This document shows, piece after piece, positions 35,064 through 47,790 of a stretch of DNA of 64,000 nt (position 1 is the first letter of the stretch; every line of letters begins with the position of its first letter). A program made the translations under genes and the position numbers. The stretch is taken from assembly GCA_028534125.1 (NCBI GenBank), contig CM052817.1:63118001-63182000 (forward strand), in the 5' to 3' direction. The stretch is from Lama glama. Its lineage: Eukaryota. The notes beneath the pieces were generated by a model. It searched no databases. It saw nothing but the letters and a program-made list of their open reading frames with translations, and was not told the origin of the DNA.

Positions 35064-36554
35064 GAAATAAGGTCCTAAACATAGAATAAAAAATAGGATG
35101 GGAATTATTATCCTCCTCATTGAAGAATGAGTTAGAGAATGGAATCTCCCCTTGGGAATGACCCATCAGCACCTCTTAGGGTTTACAGATGTCAATAGTG
35201 ATGGCTAGTTGCTTGCTCCAAGTTTTCACTTGGAAGGTCTCTCTCCCATTTGGGGCAGACTCTGGAAAAAAATTTTGTTTCTAAATTATAGTTTCTACTT
35301 CTTTTTAAAGTCTCCTGTTCTAAAATCTGCCAAAAATCTAGACACTATTCTTACTAGGATAGACAGTACTTTGATTCATCTATTCAAAATGAACAAAACA
35401 TTTCAGTAAAAACCAGCAAAACTGATCAAAGGGTATCATGTAACTGTTTATTCCCTGTCAAAACTAAGCAACATCCTGCACAGATTTCAGTTCTCTGCCT
35501 GAAAAGGGAAATTTCAGTTTTGTCAGGGTATCCTGGGCTCTGAGCAACGGTTGCCTGATGATCAGAGGGGGTTCCAAAAAAGAGAGGAGGCAAAAAGGGA
35601 CTGAATGAAGGGACTACAAGTGGGAAAGAAGTAATCTAAACCTTTCATATTTTTCTTGGGGAAGAGAGTTGGGCCTCTCTCTACATCCCAATCCACTGTG
35701 TTATGTCCATGCAAATTCTCATTTTGCATTATTTTGATTATATTCTCCTTAATCTAATGGGGAGGAATACATATTAAAAAGGGGCAAGCCATCTGGGTTT
35801 CTATATGAATGAGATATAAATATGGAATCTCCATATGTTATTTATTCCCCCTCAGGGAAAACATGTAAATGTCTTAGGGGAAAGGCTGCAGTTAACTTTA
35901 AAATATCTTACTTAAGAACAAAGTTTGTAATATTCATATGCTCTATTCCCTTAAAAAAAATCATTATGTGATTAGGATCATGGAATTTTAAGATACATTT
36001 GGAAAGAGCCCTGAGTTTTCCAATAATGATCTATACGGTCATCTAAAGTCAATACTGCATCTTCATATTTAAGGACCCCTTCAAAACTTTCCTTTTCCCA
36101 GATTTTAGTTTTTAGTTGGCCTGTGGTATTTCCCCAAATTGCTATCCATGCCACAAATTAAATATCTCATTCTTGAGAGAATCTTATGAACTCTGTCATT
36201 GTGATTTAGTTTGATGATATCTGTCCTTGTCATTCTGGTCTTTGCCTTTCCTCCTTCTGAAAGTACCTGCTATTTTGCCTGCTTCACCTCCCAATTTTAT
36301 CTCCCCTTTTCAATGCAACACATGGGTGGTTGTTAAAGTCCCATGAGCATATAGTTAGCCACAGGAAAATGTGTAGAAGAGGACAGAAAAAAAATTGAAG
36401 TCATCGGCATGCATTAAAAATAAAGGAGCTTACTTAAGGAGATGGGGAAGAAACGATAAAGATGAGAAAGAGATGAAACTGGGAACAGTCATGCAGGTAA
36501 ATGAAAAAGATCGTTAAAGAAGTGGTGGCAGTTAAGATCTGTGAGATAAATGAC

Positions 36555-36712
36555 ACCAGATCTTGTATGTCCATAATTGCCAGGCTGAAGATTTGGATAT
36601 AACTCTATAGGTAATGGATTACAATGTAAACTTTCGAGCAAGAAGGGAGTATGAAAAATACAAAGCTTTGTTTTAGAGAGGTTAATCTGGAAGATATTTG
36701 CAGCATGGATTT
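36555..36712 (-). mobile_element. L2 fragment
   Basis: gccaggctgaagatttggatataactctataggtaatgg...tgttttagagaggttaatctgg. Confidence 0.55.
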
Positions 36713-36772
36713 TTATACGTGTACACTTTGTTAAATGGCTATAAACGTACCCTAAAATGCTTGAGCTGAGTG

Positions 36773-36773
<1 letters not shown>

Positions 36774-36798
<25 letters not shown>
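36774..36798. repeat. (TG)12 microsatellite
   Basis: Directly visible. Confidence 0.95.
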
Positions 36799-36803
<5 letters not shown>

Positions 36804-39395
36804 AATTTTAATCTATACTTTAAGGGCAGTTGGTTAATTTAAATGACCCTAATCAGGATTACCTACTCCAGAGATGGTTGGGTAGTTAGCTGGAGTTCAA
36901 ATTCTACAACTGATTAAAATTTCTTCCATTGTCTTTAGCTCCATCCACTCTTATGAGTTTGTTAACTACTACAAAAGATGTTAGAAATAATTTTTTTCAC
37001 TGGAGATATGTGTTATTCAATATGGGTGATTTGCCCAGCAGATTATACCTTTCAGAGTAGTATTCTAAACCCAACACTCTTAATTCAGTCCTTGGTTCAT
37101 TTAATGAAGGATTCTGTCACTGTATTCCAACCAGGAAAGATAAATTCTGCTGCTAGAAGACTGTCTCACATGCCTTGAGCTAACCTTTCATGTAAGATTC
37201 TCATCAGAATACCTAAATGATAATGAGTTGGACTCCACTGAACTTATAAGAAAAGGTTATATATCTGTTTTTGTCATTGTTTCCTAATAAATGTTTCCAT
37301 AAGTAGCAGTATTCTGAAACTTACATTTATCACATTTACTATCACTGTAAAAAAAGAAGCAAACTTGTGGCAATACCCAACTAATAATTTAATTGGAGAC
37401 TACTGAGGCTTAGAAAAAAATGAAACCAAAAACCTAATAATTGTGAATGGTTAAATTGACTTAGGCCATCATGTAACGGACATAAGATGTAAAACCTATT
37501 TTGAAAGCACATCAATTCTATCTATGTGAGGGGTCTGGACTAGGTTGTATGTGGGAACAGAAATACTTGGGAAAGACTGAACTCAAAGGTCTCTTCACAA
37601 GCTGTAAACAAAAGGAATTTAACCTCAGATTTAATTAAACTTTCCAACTTAAAAAATAAATTTAATTCAAGAATATCAAATTAAGAAGACTATTCTAAAA
37701 TGTAAAACATATGTGCCTCAAATTTTATTTAGTCATTTTGATTAAAAAATAATAAGAATTAGTAAGAAAGTAAAACTGGAATAATAAAGAAAGTAATAAG
37801 AAAAAATAATTAGATCATGGGGAAAAAGACAGAATTCCAAAGACTGTCTGTGGTTTATCTAGAGACATATTACAGGCCCTGTGGAAGAGTATCTAGCATT
37901 GTGTGGGATGATGGAACTGCACTGTGTTACAAAAACACAGCTGCACATCCTGTTCTATATAAAATGCTATGCTTGGGTGACAGATTGTACGTAGGTGCAA
38001 TGTGTACTCAGTTTGTTCTTATAAAGGACAATTTTCTGTTTTGCCATTTCTAGCATAGTTTAGTCCATTCTGAAAATTACTCTCTATCATCCCCAAGGAA
38101 CAGCAAGAGAATTTTGGATTGAAATATTTTCTTTAAAAAAGGGCAATTGAATATTCAGGGAAAAATAAAGAAGGTAAATATCATGTATCTCATTTTATAA
38201 TGCTCCTCACTTAATGAGGATTTTCCTCAAATTAAAACATGTAAAATTTTGCCTGGTGCAGAGTAGGTATCAATGAATCATGTTAAATTTAAATGTACAT
38301 ACTGGAGTGAGAAGTAGAATAAAAGATAATTAGCTCCTATTTACAAATTAACAAAGATTTGTTTATTACATATAAACAAAGAAGAATAACTAGGTCCTTT
38401 GTTTCAAGAAAGAAGAGCAAGTTGGAGTATGTCTGAACCTCAGTTCTAGGGTTGCCATGCCAGGCATGGGGAAGTCTGGAAACTGCCAAAAAGCAAATGG
38501 GCAGGACCAACAGATGAATAATTCAATAGTATTAAGTTCAAATTATTGCAATATTAGAACATACTGCAATAGAAAATATGCTAATTCCATAAGTCTAATT
38601 ACAGAAAGAAATTAAATAAAATACATTAATGACAATCCAACTGCTTAAATCTTTATAATTATATTTAAAATAATCCAATTCTAAGTAGTTATTGAACGTT
38701 AACATAAATTTCTAGTTTTTAATTCTTATTTTACCTTTAGCTTCCTGTTGATAAGAATATAGTGATTCAAGTCAGAAATCATAATTATCTTTTGCAAGTA
38801 GGATCTGGCAATTCATTTCCTGGATTTTATTTCAGGATAAGGGAAACTTGAATAAAAATTTTGGCAAGATAAACATTCACTTGATAAGGACAAATTTTAT
38901 AGGGATGATATCTTTTTATCTTCTAAATATACAGCCAATAGAGGATATATTTCTAAACAAGGCATTGAAACATGTTAAGAGCACTATAAATATGAGCATA
39001 TATATACAAAAAATACACACATACATATACAATTTAATTTTAATAGCATATTTATGTAATTAAAAACATAAAAGACTTCTTTAAGGTCAGTGATCTGTGA
39101 TAGATGAAAAACAAGTTTGAGTCCTACCACTGCCCAGCTTACTGCCTGGGAAAGCTTCCAGGCTACAGCACACACAGAAAGGACCCAGAAAAGAGCCCAG
39201 CAGCCTCCCACAAATGAGGAAAATACAATGTGGCTAGAATTCACAGGGCAAAGGAACACAGTAGAGAGAGATACATAGAGAAAGCTCCAGCATCTTCAGA
39301 GGGCCCCCCTCAAATATTCAGCTGAATACTGATCAGCATGGGAATGTGAGGAAACTACCTGAAACCAAGGAAAGGACTCCCCCCAAGCAACGGAG

Positions 39396-39612
39396 CAGTA
39401 CGTCTCAAATGAGGCAGTTTTGCCCCTGAGGATACATTTGGCAACATGTTCAGATATATTTGTTGTCATATCTTGTGAGGAGGGTCCCATCAACATCAAA
39501 TAGGTAGGAGGCCTGGGGTGCTGCTAAACATCCTACTGTGTACAGGAGAGTCCCCCACAACAATGACTTGTCCAGTCTAAAATATTAGTTGTACCAAGGC
39601 TGAGAAATCCCA
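39396..39612. mobile_element. MER20 hAT-Charlie MITE, full length
   Basis: cagtacgtctcaa...ttttgcccc...acatttggcaa...tgctgctaaacatcctac...ccccacaacaa...aaggctgagaaatcc is collinear with the MER20 consensus over ~217 bp. Confidence 0.9.
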
Positions 39613-39738
39613 TATTAAAGGAAACAGTGTAGAGGACTCACAGAGGGCTGATATAAAGTCAATCCTAAGAATATTTTCAGGTATGTGAAACATCCAGAAC
39701 ACAATAAGATGAAATGTATAATATCTGAATTGAAAATA

Positions 39739-39774
39739 TGTATATGTATTGATATATATATATATATATGTGTG

Positions 39775-39808
<34 letters not shown>
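39739..39808. repeat. (TA)n-rich low-complexity tract
   Basis: Directly visible. Confidence 0.9.
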
Positions 39809-39813
<5 letters not shown>

Positions 39814-40728
39814 CATTCAAAGAAACAAAAATGTATGACCTACGAAGAAAGGAAAATCATTCATTAAAACAGGCCCGGAAATGGCACAGATGATAGAATT
39901 AGCAGTCCAGCCATTATTAAAATGATTAAAATTATTATTTAAAATATTCCATATGTTCAAGAAACTGGAGGAAAGAGTAAACACATTAAGTAAGCATGCA
40001 GTTAAAAAACAAAACAAGCCCAAATTGAACTTTTAGATATAAGAATTATGATTCAGTATAGAAATTACACTGGAAGGGATTAAAAAATAGTTGGACTTTA
40101 TAGGTAAAAAAAAAAACATTGTGAATTTGAAGACTTAGAAACTATCTGAAATAAAATACACAGGGAAAATTAACCTTAAAAAATGAAGAGAACATGAGCT
40201 GAGCTGTGGGAAAATATTAAGAGGCCAAATATATGTTTAATTGTAGTCTCCAAAGGAGAGGAGAGACTGTAAGAACAAAAACATTTTGGAAAAATAATCA
40301 TCACAATGTTTCCAAATCTGATGAAAAATAAAACTGCAAATATCCCAAAAGTCAAAAAAATCCAAGTACAAGAAACATAAAGAAAGTGACACCAAGGCAT
40401 ATCATTATTAAATTGCCTAAAACTAATGAGAAACAGAAAAATCTTAAAAGTATCCAGAAAAAAAAGCATTATATACAAAATAACCAATAATATACAATTC
40501 ATATCATACTTAAGAATGATAGAAAATTTCCCATCATAAATAATGTAAGATGTAAGACTGGAAAAACACATTTAAAGTACTTAAGGAAAAGTACTGTCAA
40601 CCTAGAACTCTACCCAGAGAACATAACTTTTTAAATTGAGAGTGAAATAAAGGCTATTTCAGACAAATGAAAGCTTAAAGAATTGATCACTTCCAGAACT
40701 GTATACCATCAGTAATAAAGAAAGTCCT

Positions 40729-41636
40729 GAACAAGCAATTCTCCAAGGAAGACATACAAATGATCAATAAGCACATGAAAACATGCTAATATCACTAATT
40801 ATCAGAGAAATGCAAATCAAAACTACAATGAGGTATCACCTCACATCAGTCAGAATGGCCATCATTCAAAAATCCACAAATGACAAATGCTGGAGACGCT
40901 GTGGAGAAAGGGGAACCCTCCCACACTGCTGGTGGGAATGCAGTTTGGTGCAGCCACTGTGGAAAACAGTATGGAGATTCCTCAAAAGACTAGGAATAGA
41001 CTTACTATATGACCCAGGAATCCTGCTCCTGGGCTTATATCCAGAAGGAACCCTTCTTCAGGATGACACTTGCACCCCAGTGTTCATAACAGCACTATTT
41101 ACAATAGCCAAGACATGGAAACAGCCTAAATGTACATCAACGGATGACTGGATAAAGAAGAGGTGGTATACTTATACAATAGAATACTATTCAGCCATAA
41201 AAACCAACAACATAATGTGATTTGCAGCAACATGAATGCTCCTGGAGAATGTCATTCTAAGTGAAGTAAGCCAGAAAGAGAAATAAAAATACCATATGAG
41301 ATCACTCATATGTGAAATCTAAAATACAAAAACAAAAAAACAAAGCATAAATACAAAACAGAAATAGACTCACAGACAGAGAATACAAACTTGTGGTTGC
41401 CAAGGGGGTGGACGGTGGGAAGGGACAGACGGGATTTTAAAATTGTAGAATAGATAAATAAGATTATACTATAAAGCACAGGGAAATATACACATCTTAT
41501 GGTAGCTCACAGAGAAAAAAATGTGACAATGAATATATATATATATATATGTTCATGTATAACTGAAAAATTGTGCTCTACACTGGAATTTGACATAACA
41601 TTGTAAAATGATTATAAATCAATAAAAAATGTTAAA
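40729..41636 (+). mobile_element. Young lineage-specific 5'-truncated L1 (ORF2 C-terminus + 3' UTR) with TSD
   Basis: ORF 40783-41220 is the L1 ORF2 C-terminus ([13 protein letters not shown]...[18 protein letters not shown] zinc knuckle), prematurely stopped. TSD aaagaaagtcct (40717-40728) / aaaaaaagtcct (41637-41648); AATAAA plus A-tail. Confidence 0.95.
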
Positions 41637-44600
41637 AAAAAAAGTCCTACAAGCAGACAAACATTATTACCAGATGGACACGTGAATAGGGAAAGAAGAG
41701 CCCTTATAATAGAAACTAAATGGGTAATTATAATTTTAAAAAGATTTTTATAGAATATCAACTCTTTAAAGCAAAAGTAATACCAACGTGCACTGGGGTT
41801 TATAATACACAGACCCAAAATATATGGCAACAATAGCACAAGCCTAGGGGTGTAACGTTTTAAAGTTCTTACTCTACAATACTGCAACTGAAGTAGTATA
41901 GTATCATTTGAAATCATTTTCATTTGAAAATATCCATAGATAAATTAAAAGTTGTATATCCTAAACCCTCAAGAATAACATAACGAAAGAGTTTATTTTA
42001 AACTAAAGAGTATTCTTTAAATAACAAAACAAAGAGTTTGTGTTAAGGCAACAAAAGAGACCAAATATAATGATTTTTAAAATCCTCAATTATTTGAAAA
42101 GAAGGAAATTATTCCAAAAAGAAAGCATCAACATATAAAAAAGATAATACATAATGAACAAGTAGGATTTAAACCAGAAATGGAATGTTGATTAAACACT
42201 GAAAATTAAAACATTGGAAATTAGTCTAGGTCAGTCACCATATTTACATACATACTTATGACATCTCAGTAAGTGAAAAAAGTGTAAGAAAAATCAAACA
42301 TCCATTCCCGATTTTCAAAAAATCTAATCAAACTAGACGTAAAATGGATATTTCTGATTCTAGTAAAAAAACATTTATATTTATAATTCATACCATACTT
42401 AATGGTGAAAGATTGAATTATTTATCTCTACAATAAGGAAAAACTAAAATTTCCACTCTCTCAACCTTTATTCAAAGTTTTACTGAGGATTCTAACTAGT
42501 ATAATAAAGGAAAAAACGGTTGCCATCTAGATTTGTTAGAAGTTAAAACTATCTTTATTTGTAGACAGTATAATAGTAAATGTAAATAAATTGATGAAAT
42601 AGACACAAAAGTTAGTGAATTTCAAAAGACTGTAGGCTATAAGATCAAAATACAAAAATCAATTTTATTTCTATGTACTAGGCACAAACAATTAGAAATT
42701 AAATGAAGCAATACCATCAGTAATAGCATCAGGAAATATGAAATGCTTAATAATAAATGTGACAAGAGGTGTACAAGACCTACATACTGAAAACTACAAA
42801 ACATTATGATGAGATATTAATACCTAAATAAACTGATAAATATAGATATTCATGTAACAGAAAAATTAATTTTGTTAAGATGTCCAACCTCCAATTTACT
42901 TTATAGGTTTGATATAATCTCAATTAAAATCCCATCTTAGTGTTTATATAAATTGTCAAGTTCCTTTTAAAATACATATGAAGTAAAAAGTACCTACAAT
43001 AGCTAAAATAAAAAATAAAGATTACTAAAAAGAGCAAATTTAAAGTACTATCTGAATATCAAAATCATTATAAAGCTACAGTAATCCAGATAGTGTGATA
43101 CTGGCATCAAGATATATAAGCGGATCAATGGAACAGAATAAAGAGTCCACAAAATATACAAACAACTCATTTCTGATAAAGGTACAAAAGCAATTCAATA
43201 GAGAAATAATAGTTTTATTTTCAGTGACAACTGGTACTGAAAATCAGCCATATTTTTAAAAAGTACTTTGCACTAAGAGTAGTTCATAAACTTAATATAA
43301 ATCTAAAATTTATAGAAGTAAACAAATATTTGATTAGGAAAAGCTACAAAACTATGATTCATAAAATAAAACTATGGCTATGTTAGAATTCATAAATGTA
43401 AGAACCTCTGTTCTGTGAAAAAAACTATTCAAAGAATGAGAACATAAGCTACAAATCAGGAAAACAATATCTGCAAAGCATATATCTGATCAAACATTTG
43501 TGTCCAGAACATATAAAGAACTCTCATAACTCAATAATAAGTAAACAAACAACATCATTTAAAATACACAAACGATCTGAACAGATGTTTCATGAAAGAA
43601 GTGGCAAATTAATCCATGAATAGATGTTTAATATCAGTAATCATTAGGAAATAAAAACTAAAGCTACAAAGAGATAGCATTACATACCTATTATGCTTAC
43701 AAAACAAAAGACTGACAATACAAAGTAATGGCAAGGAACGTGGAGAAACTGGAACTCACTGGATGGAAATAATACAACTACTTTGGAAAATAGTTTGATA
43801 GTGTTTTAAAATGATAAAATATACACCTACCATATCCTTAGGTGTTTCCCAAAGAAATGAAATACATTTCCATACAAAGACTAGTACACAAATCCTACAG
43901 CCACTTTATTTATAAAAATAACCCCAAACTGGAAGCAACCCAAATGTCCATCATCAGGAAAATCAATAAACAAATTCTGGTATATCCCTTCAATGGAAAC
44001 CTATTCAACAATAAAAACAAATGAACCATTGATACAAACAACAACATGAATTTCAAAATAATTATGCTAAGTGAAAGAAGCCAGGCAAAAAACTTATACC
44101 CCCTATAAGTTTTTTAAAATTCTAGAAAATACAAACTAATCTATACATAGAAAAAAAGATTCATGACTATCTGGGGATGAGAAATACATGTAAGGGGCTG
44201 GGAGAGGGGAATCACAGAACAGCATGAGGAATTTTTGGGGGGTGATAAACGTATGCATTATTTTGCTCATTGTTTATACACACACATATGCATATTTTAT
44301 AGTTTAAACATGTAGTTTATTGTATATCAATTACACTTCAATAAAACCCTTGTACAAAACATATTTCCAGCTTCTATGAGATGCTTACATAAATCTGTAC
44401 AATTTCCTGTGAAAGCATAGCTCATGCTCCCTTTAAATTTGTCACAGAAAAGGGTGAATTAAGAATAAAATTATATGGCAGAAAGTCAAAGGACGTCGTT
44501 AAAAATGACAATTTTACACTCTTGAAGGGAACAACAAAACAATAAACAACAGAACAATAGTTCCTAAACTTTTACTGAGCTCAAAATCACAGGAAATAAT

Positions 44601-45999
44601 AAAAGATAAAAAAATTAAATCTGACTGCAAATTAATCAATGAACTGAAAAGCAGAATCAGAAATGATAAATTTCTTAAAATGCCGCTTTCTGCCTTTGGA
44701 GTGAAGATTGCCAAACTACAAACTGAGAAGACCAGTATTCTACTGCAAGAAAAACTGAAATATAATTGTTTTAGAAGTAACTGAGGCAAGAGATTAAATG
44801 CTGGAACCTATTTAGAGAGTTCTCTATTAACAGCGAATGCCCACCGGTCCTAAGGAGAGCTACAAGCAAAATGTGAGCTGCCTTATAAATGACCTCATAG
44901 TGAAGGAAACTTCCGAGATCATTAGTCTACTTTTCTGCAATGAAACGAAAATTATTCCTAAGGAAACTAATGATAGACAACATGTAATTGCTACAAATAA
45001 AAGATCTAGATGAATTAAGAAAATATTTACAAGGGCTTGAAGATAAGAGACTGAGAGACTGGGGTCTTGATCCCTTTTGGTTTTTTGTCTAATAACCAGT
45101 GCCAAACACAGGCATACTGGTGGTACTCAACAAATCTTGGCAAAACTATGGGTTTTTGGGGGGTAAGTGGGGGGTTGAAAATATGGTAGAGGCTAGTTTT
45201 TAGCCCACTGAGATTTTAAATTAGGCAATATTGGCTTAATTTTTTAAAAAAACCTCTCCTCTCTGTAAGTGTATTTCTTTCATAAGTGAGATTAATAGAG
45301 TACAGGAAACACAGGAGAAACCAAATACAACAGAGGCCATCACCAAGACAACCAGAATAGAGAGAAGTTTATTAGGAAAGGAGCTAACTAACTATGGAGT
45401 TGAAACACGACAGAAAAGCAATAAAATCATAGAGAAGGGAAATAACTTCCAAATTAGTAAATCAATCTGATGCAAAGACTTGAAGGCCCTTCACAATTCT
45501 AAGGTGTTACACTACTCAGAATAGCAATAAAGCAGAGTAAGGAAATAATGCAATAGCCAAAACTAGTGAGCTGAGAAGCTGTGGGCTCTCGGTAATAAAT
45601 GGCAGTAAAATTGTTACAGGGCAAGGAATAGTAAAGAAAAGCATAAGGATAAGATGTCTGATGAAAGGTTGCCAAGAATATGAGGAAACTTAACATTGTC
45701 TCTTGAAGGGTTTGGGAAGTTTGACAAGGGGAGCAAAGTATACTCAGTCTGAGCAGCCACTTCTCAGGAATATTGGGGGCGGGACACACATGCACAATAC
45801 CAGAGGGTTAAAGTAGATTAGGACTTAAAATGAGTTTTATTTTTACCCTTGGACCAGATGTAAAAATAAACTGCCTAGAAGCATAAACAAAGGAAACATA
45901 CAAGTAACCAGAAGTTGGGAAACAAGAATCCTGATCATTTCAACAGCATCTTCCCTACCTGACGCCAAATCACCCATAGGATGGCTCTTCCTCACACCT

Positions 46000-46462
46000 T
46001 GTATTAGCTTCCTAGGACTATCATAACAAATTACCATGAACTAGGTGACTTCAAACAAGAGAAATTTATTTTCTCACTGTTCTGGAGTCCAGAATTACAA
46101 AATTAAGGTGTTACCAGGACCACAGTCTCTTCATAGGCTCACAGGCTCTAGGGGAGAATCTGTTTCATGTCTTATCCAGCTGCTGGTGGCTGCAGGCCAT
46201 TCCTTGGCTTGTGGCCATATCACTCCACTCACTGCATCCATGGTCACATTGCCTCTTCCTTTTCTGTTTGTCTATTTTATTAAGGATCGATTGCATTTAG
46301 TGCCCACCCAGATTCTCCAGAATAAGCTCCTCCTCTCAATATCCCTATTTTATCATACATTTGCAATACTAAGCAATATTCATTCTTTTGCACATGATAC
46401 TCATAATAAATTCTGGGAATTAGGACATATATTTTGAGAAGATTACTAGTCAACCCAATATA
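46000..46462 (-). mobile_element. MLT1C/D-like MaLR solo LTR
   Basis: tgtattagcttcctaggactatcataacaaattaccatgaactaggtgacttcaaacaagagaaatttattttctcactgttctggag...ggctctaggggagaatc...ccttggcttgtggcc. Confidence 0.9.
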
Positions 46463-46464
46463 TA

Positions 46465-47301
46465 CCAACTCTCTGGGAAAACAATTCATATATATATATT
46501 ATAAAGGCGGTATAGTCACAATTTATAAATAATATTAAAATACACAATACATTTTATTGTAAATTCTATATTAATCAATTCTCACAGAATGCTTTCATTG
46601 GTTTTTTCCTGAACTCTTGTATCCACAGCCAAACTATGATTTCAATCAGCAAAGAATGTTGATTGACATTTTGGTTTACATTAATGAGTAAGATGAGGAT
46701 GAAATAATGAGGACAAATGTGGTAACTTTACTCAACCACTAATGCAGTGAGCAAATTTTTGCTGAACTGATTGACAGGTTTTTTTTTTTAAATATTGAAA
46801 AGGTAATGCCTCAAATATTTTTATGCTAGTCACAACTTAACAGGTACAGATAGTACATTCTTTGAAGTTTAATCTGTATTAACATTTTCTCTATCACTTA
46901 AGTTCAAACAATCAACAAAGCAGTAAATCAAGTCTGATTCTGTAGCATCTGCTGGTGTCCATGGTGTAAATACTCCCACCATGACAGAATCCAAGCTACT
47001 AATATGAAACCACTAAATGCGAGTTGCAAAGAGATATTCAGTAGCAAATAATTATACAGTATTTCCTCCATTTAGATACATAGAGTAAATAACCTCAAGA
47101 GCATACATAATAATAACACATACTAAAATAATTAAGTGATAATTTTTGATATTTATTTGTTTTGTTTTCAACATAGTTTTTAAGTTTTAAGTTTATATAA
47201 TTTAATTTTCAATAATGGTTATGTTTAAAAACTCTCTTGTACTATTCCTGAAGATTTAAGTTGGCTCTCACAAAGTTATGAGCTGGTTCCAACTTGCTAC
47301 T
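46465..47301 (-). mobile_element. Long MER63 (C/D-like) hAT element
   Basis: ggtgtaaatactcccaccatgac...caagctact (46960-47000) and ttggctctcacaaagttatgagctggttcca (47260-47291) are reverse complements of MER63 motifs also seen in the + copy at 29133-29316. Confidence 0.8.
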
Positions 47302-47654
47302 ATATAACAATGGAAAATCAGAAGAGGAATTTCAAATCTTTATATCAGTTACTCTAAAAATTAGTGATAGGTTAGCACAGTTAGTCAGAGCAAATGTATT
47401 TTAAAGTATTCAATCTTTTTCAGGACTTTGAAAAAATCACCAGTAGGGGACGACTCCAAAGAAAAACACCCAGTTTTATGTTAAAGGTCTCAATAATTCA
47501 GTTATAATAAACAGAACAAGAGGCTGACTTTTCCTGCTCTTCATTTCCAAAAGTTTCAGATCTACCTGATGAGTCTCCAGGTGAATTTCATAAGAGGGAG
47601 ATTACTAATGAGTTCTAATTATGCCTAATTCCACATTCACCAACAAATTCACAG

Positions 47655-47790
47655 TTTTGTTGTGTGACATTAGGCAAGTCACTTCCTTTTCCCTGGCAAT
47701 TTCTTAATCTACAAAATGTGGATATCCTACCTCACAAGGGTGTAGTAAAGTATGACAAATTAAAAAATATTACATATCCAAAATGCAATT
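47655..47790 (+). mobile_element. MIR fragment
   Basis: tgtgtgacattaggcaagtcactt...tttcttaatctacaaaatg...cctacctcacaagggtgtagt. Confidence 0.7.

Larger units (their letters stand above)
39100..44347 (+). mobile_element. Old L1 (L1MC/L1MD-type): 5' region, ORF1, deleted ORF2 and 3' UTR; hosts MER20 and a young L1
   Basis: 5'-type motif aatattcagctgaatactgatcagcat...gaggaaactacc; ORF1-like A-rich 39850-40728 resuming at 41649; ORF2 RT/C-terminal motifs at 42160-44100 (aatggtgaaagattga, aagatcaaaatacaaaaatcaatt, ataaagctacagtaatc, gatcaatggaacagaata); ends tcaattacacttcaataaaa. Confidence 0.85.

Noticed and set aside
40783..41220. 145-aa ORF with a Cys/His motif as a possible host gene
   Set aside because: It is the L1 ORF2 C-terminus in a 5'-truncated insertion with a TSD and a premature stop.
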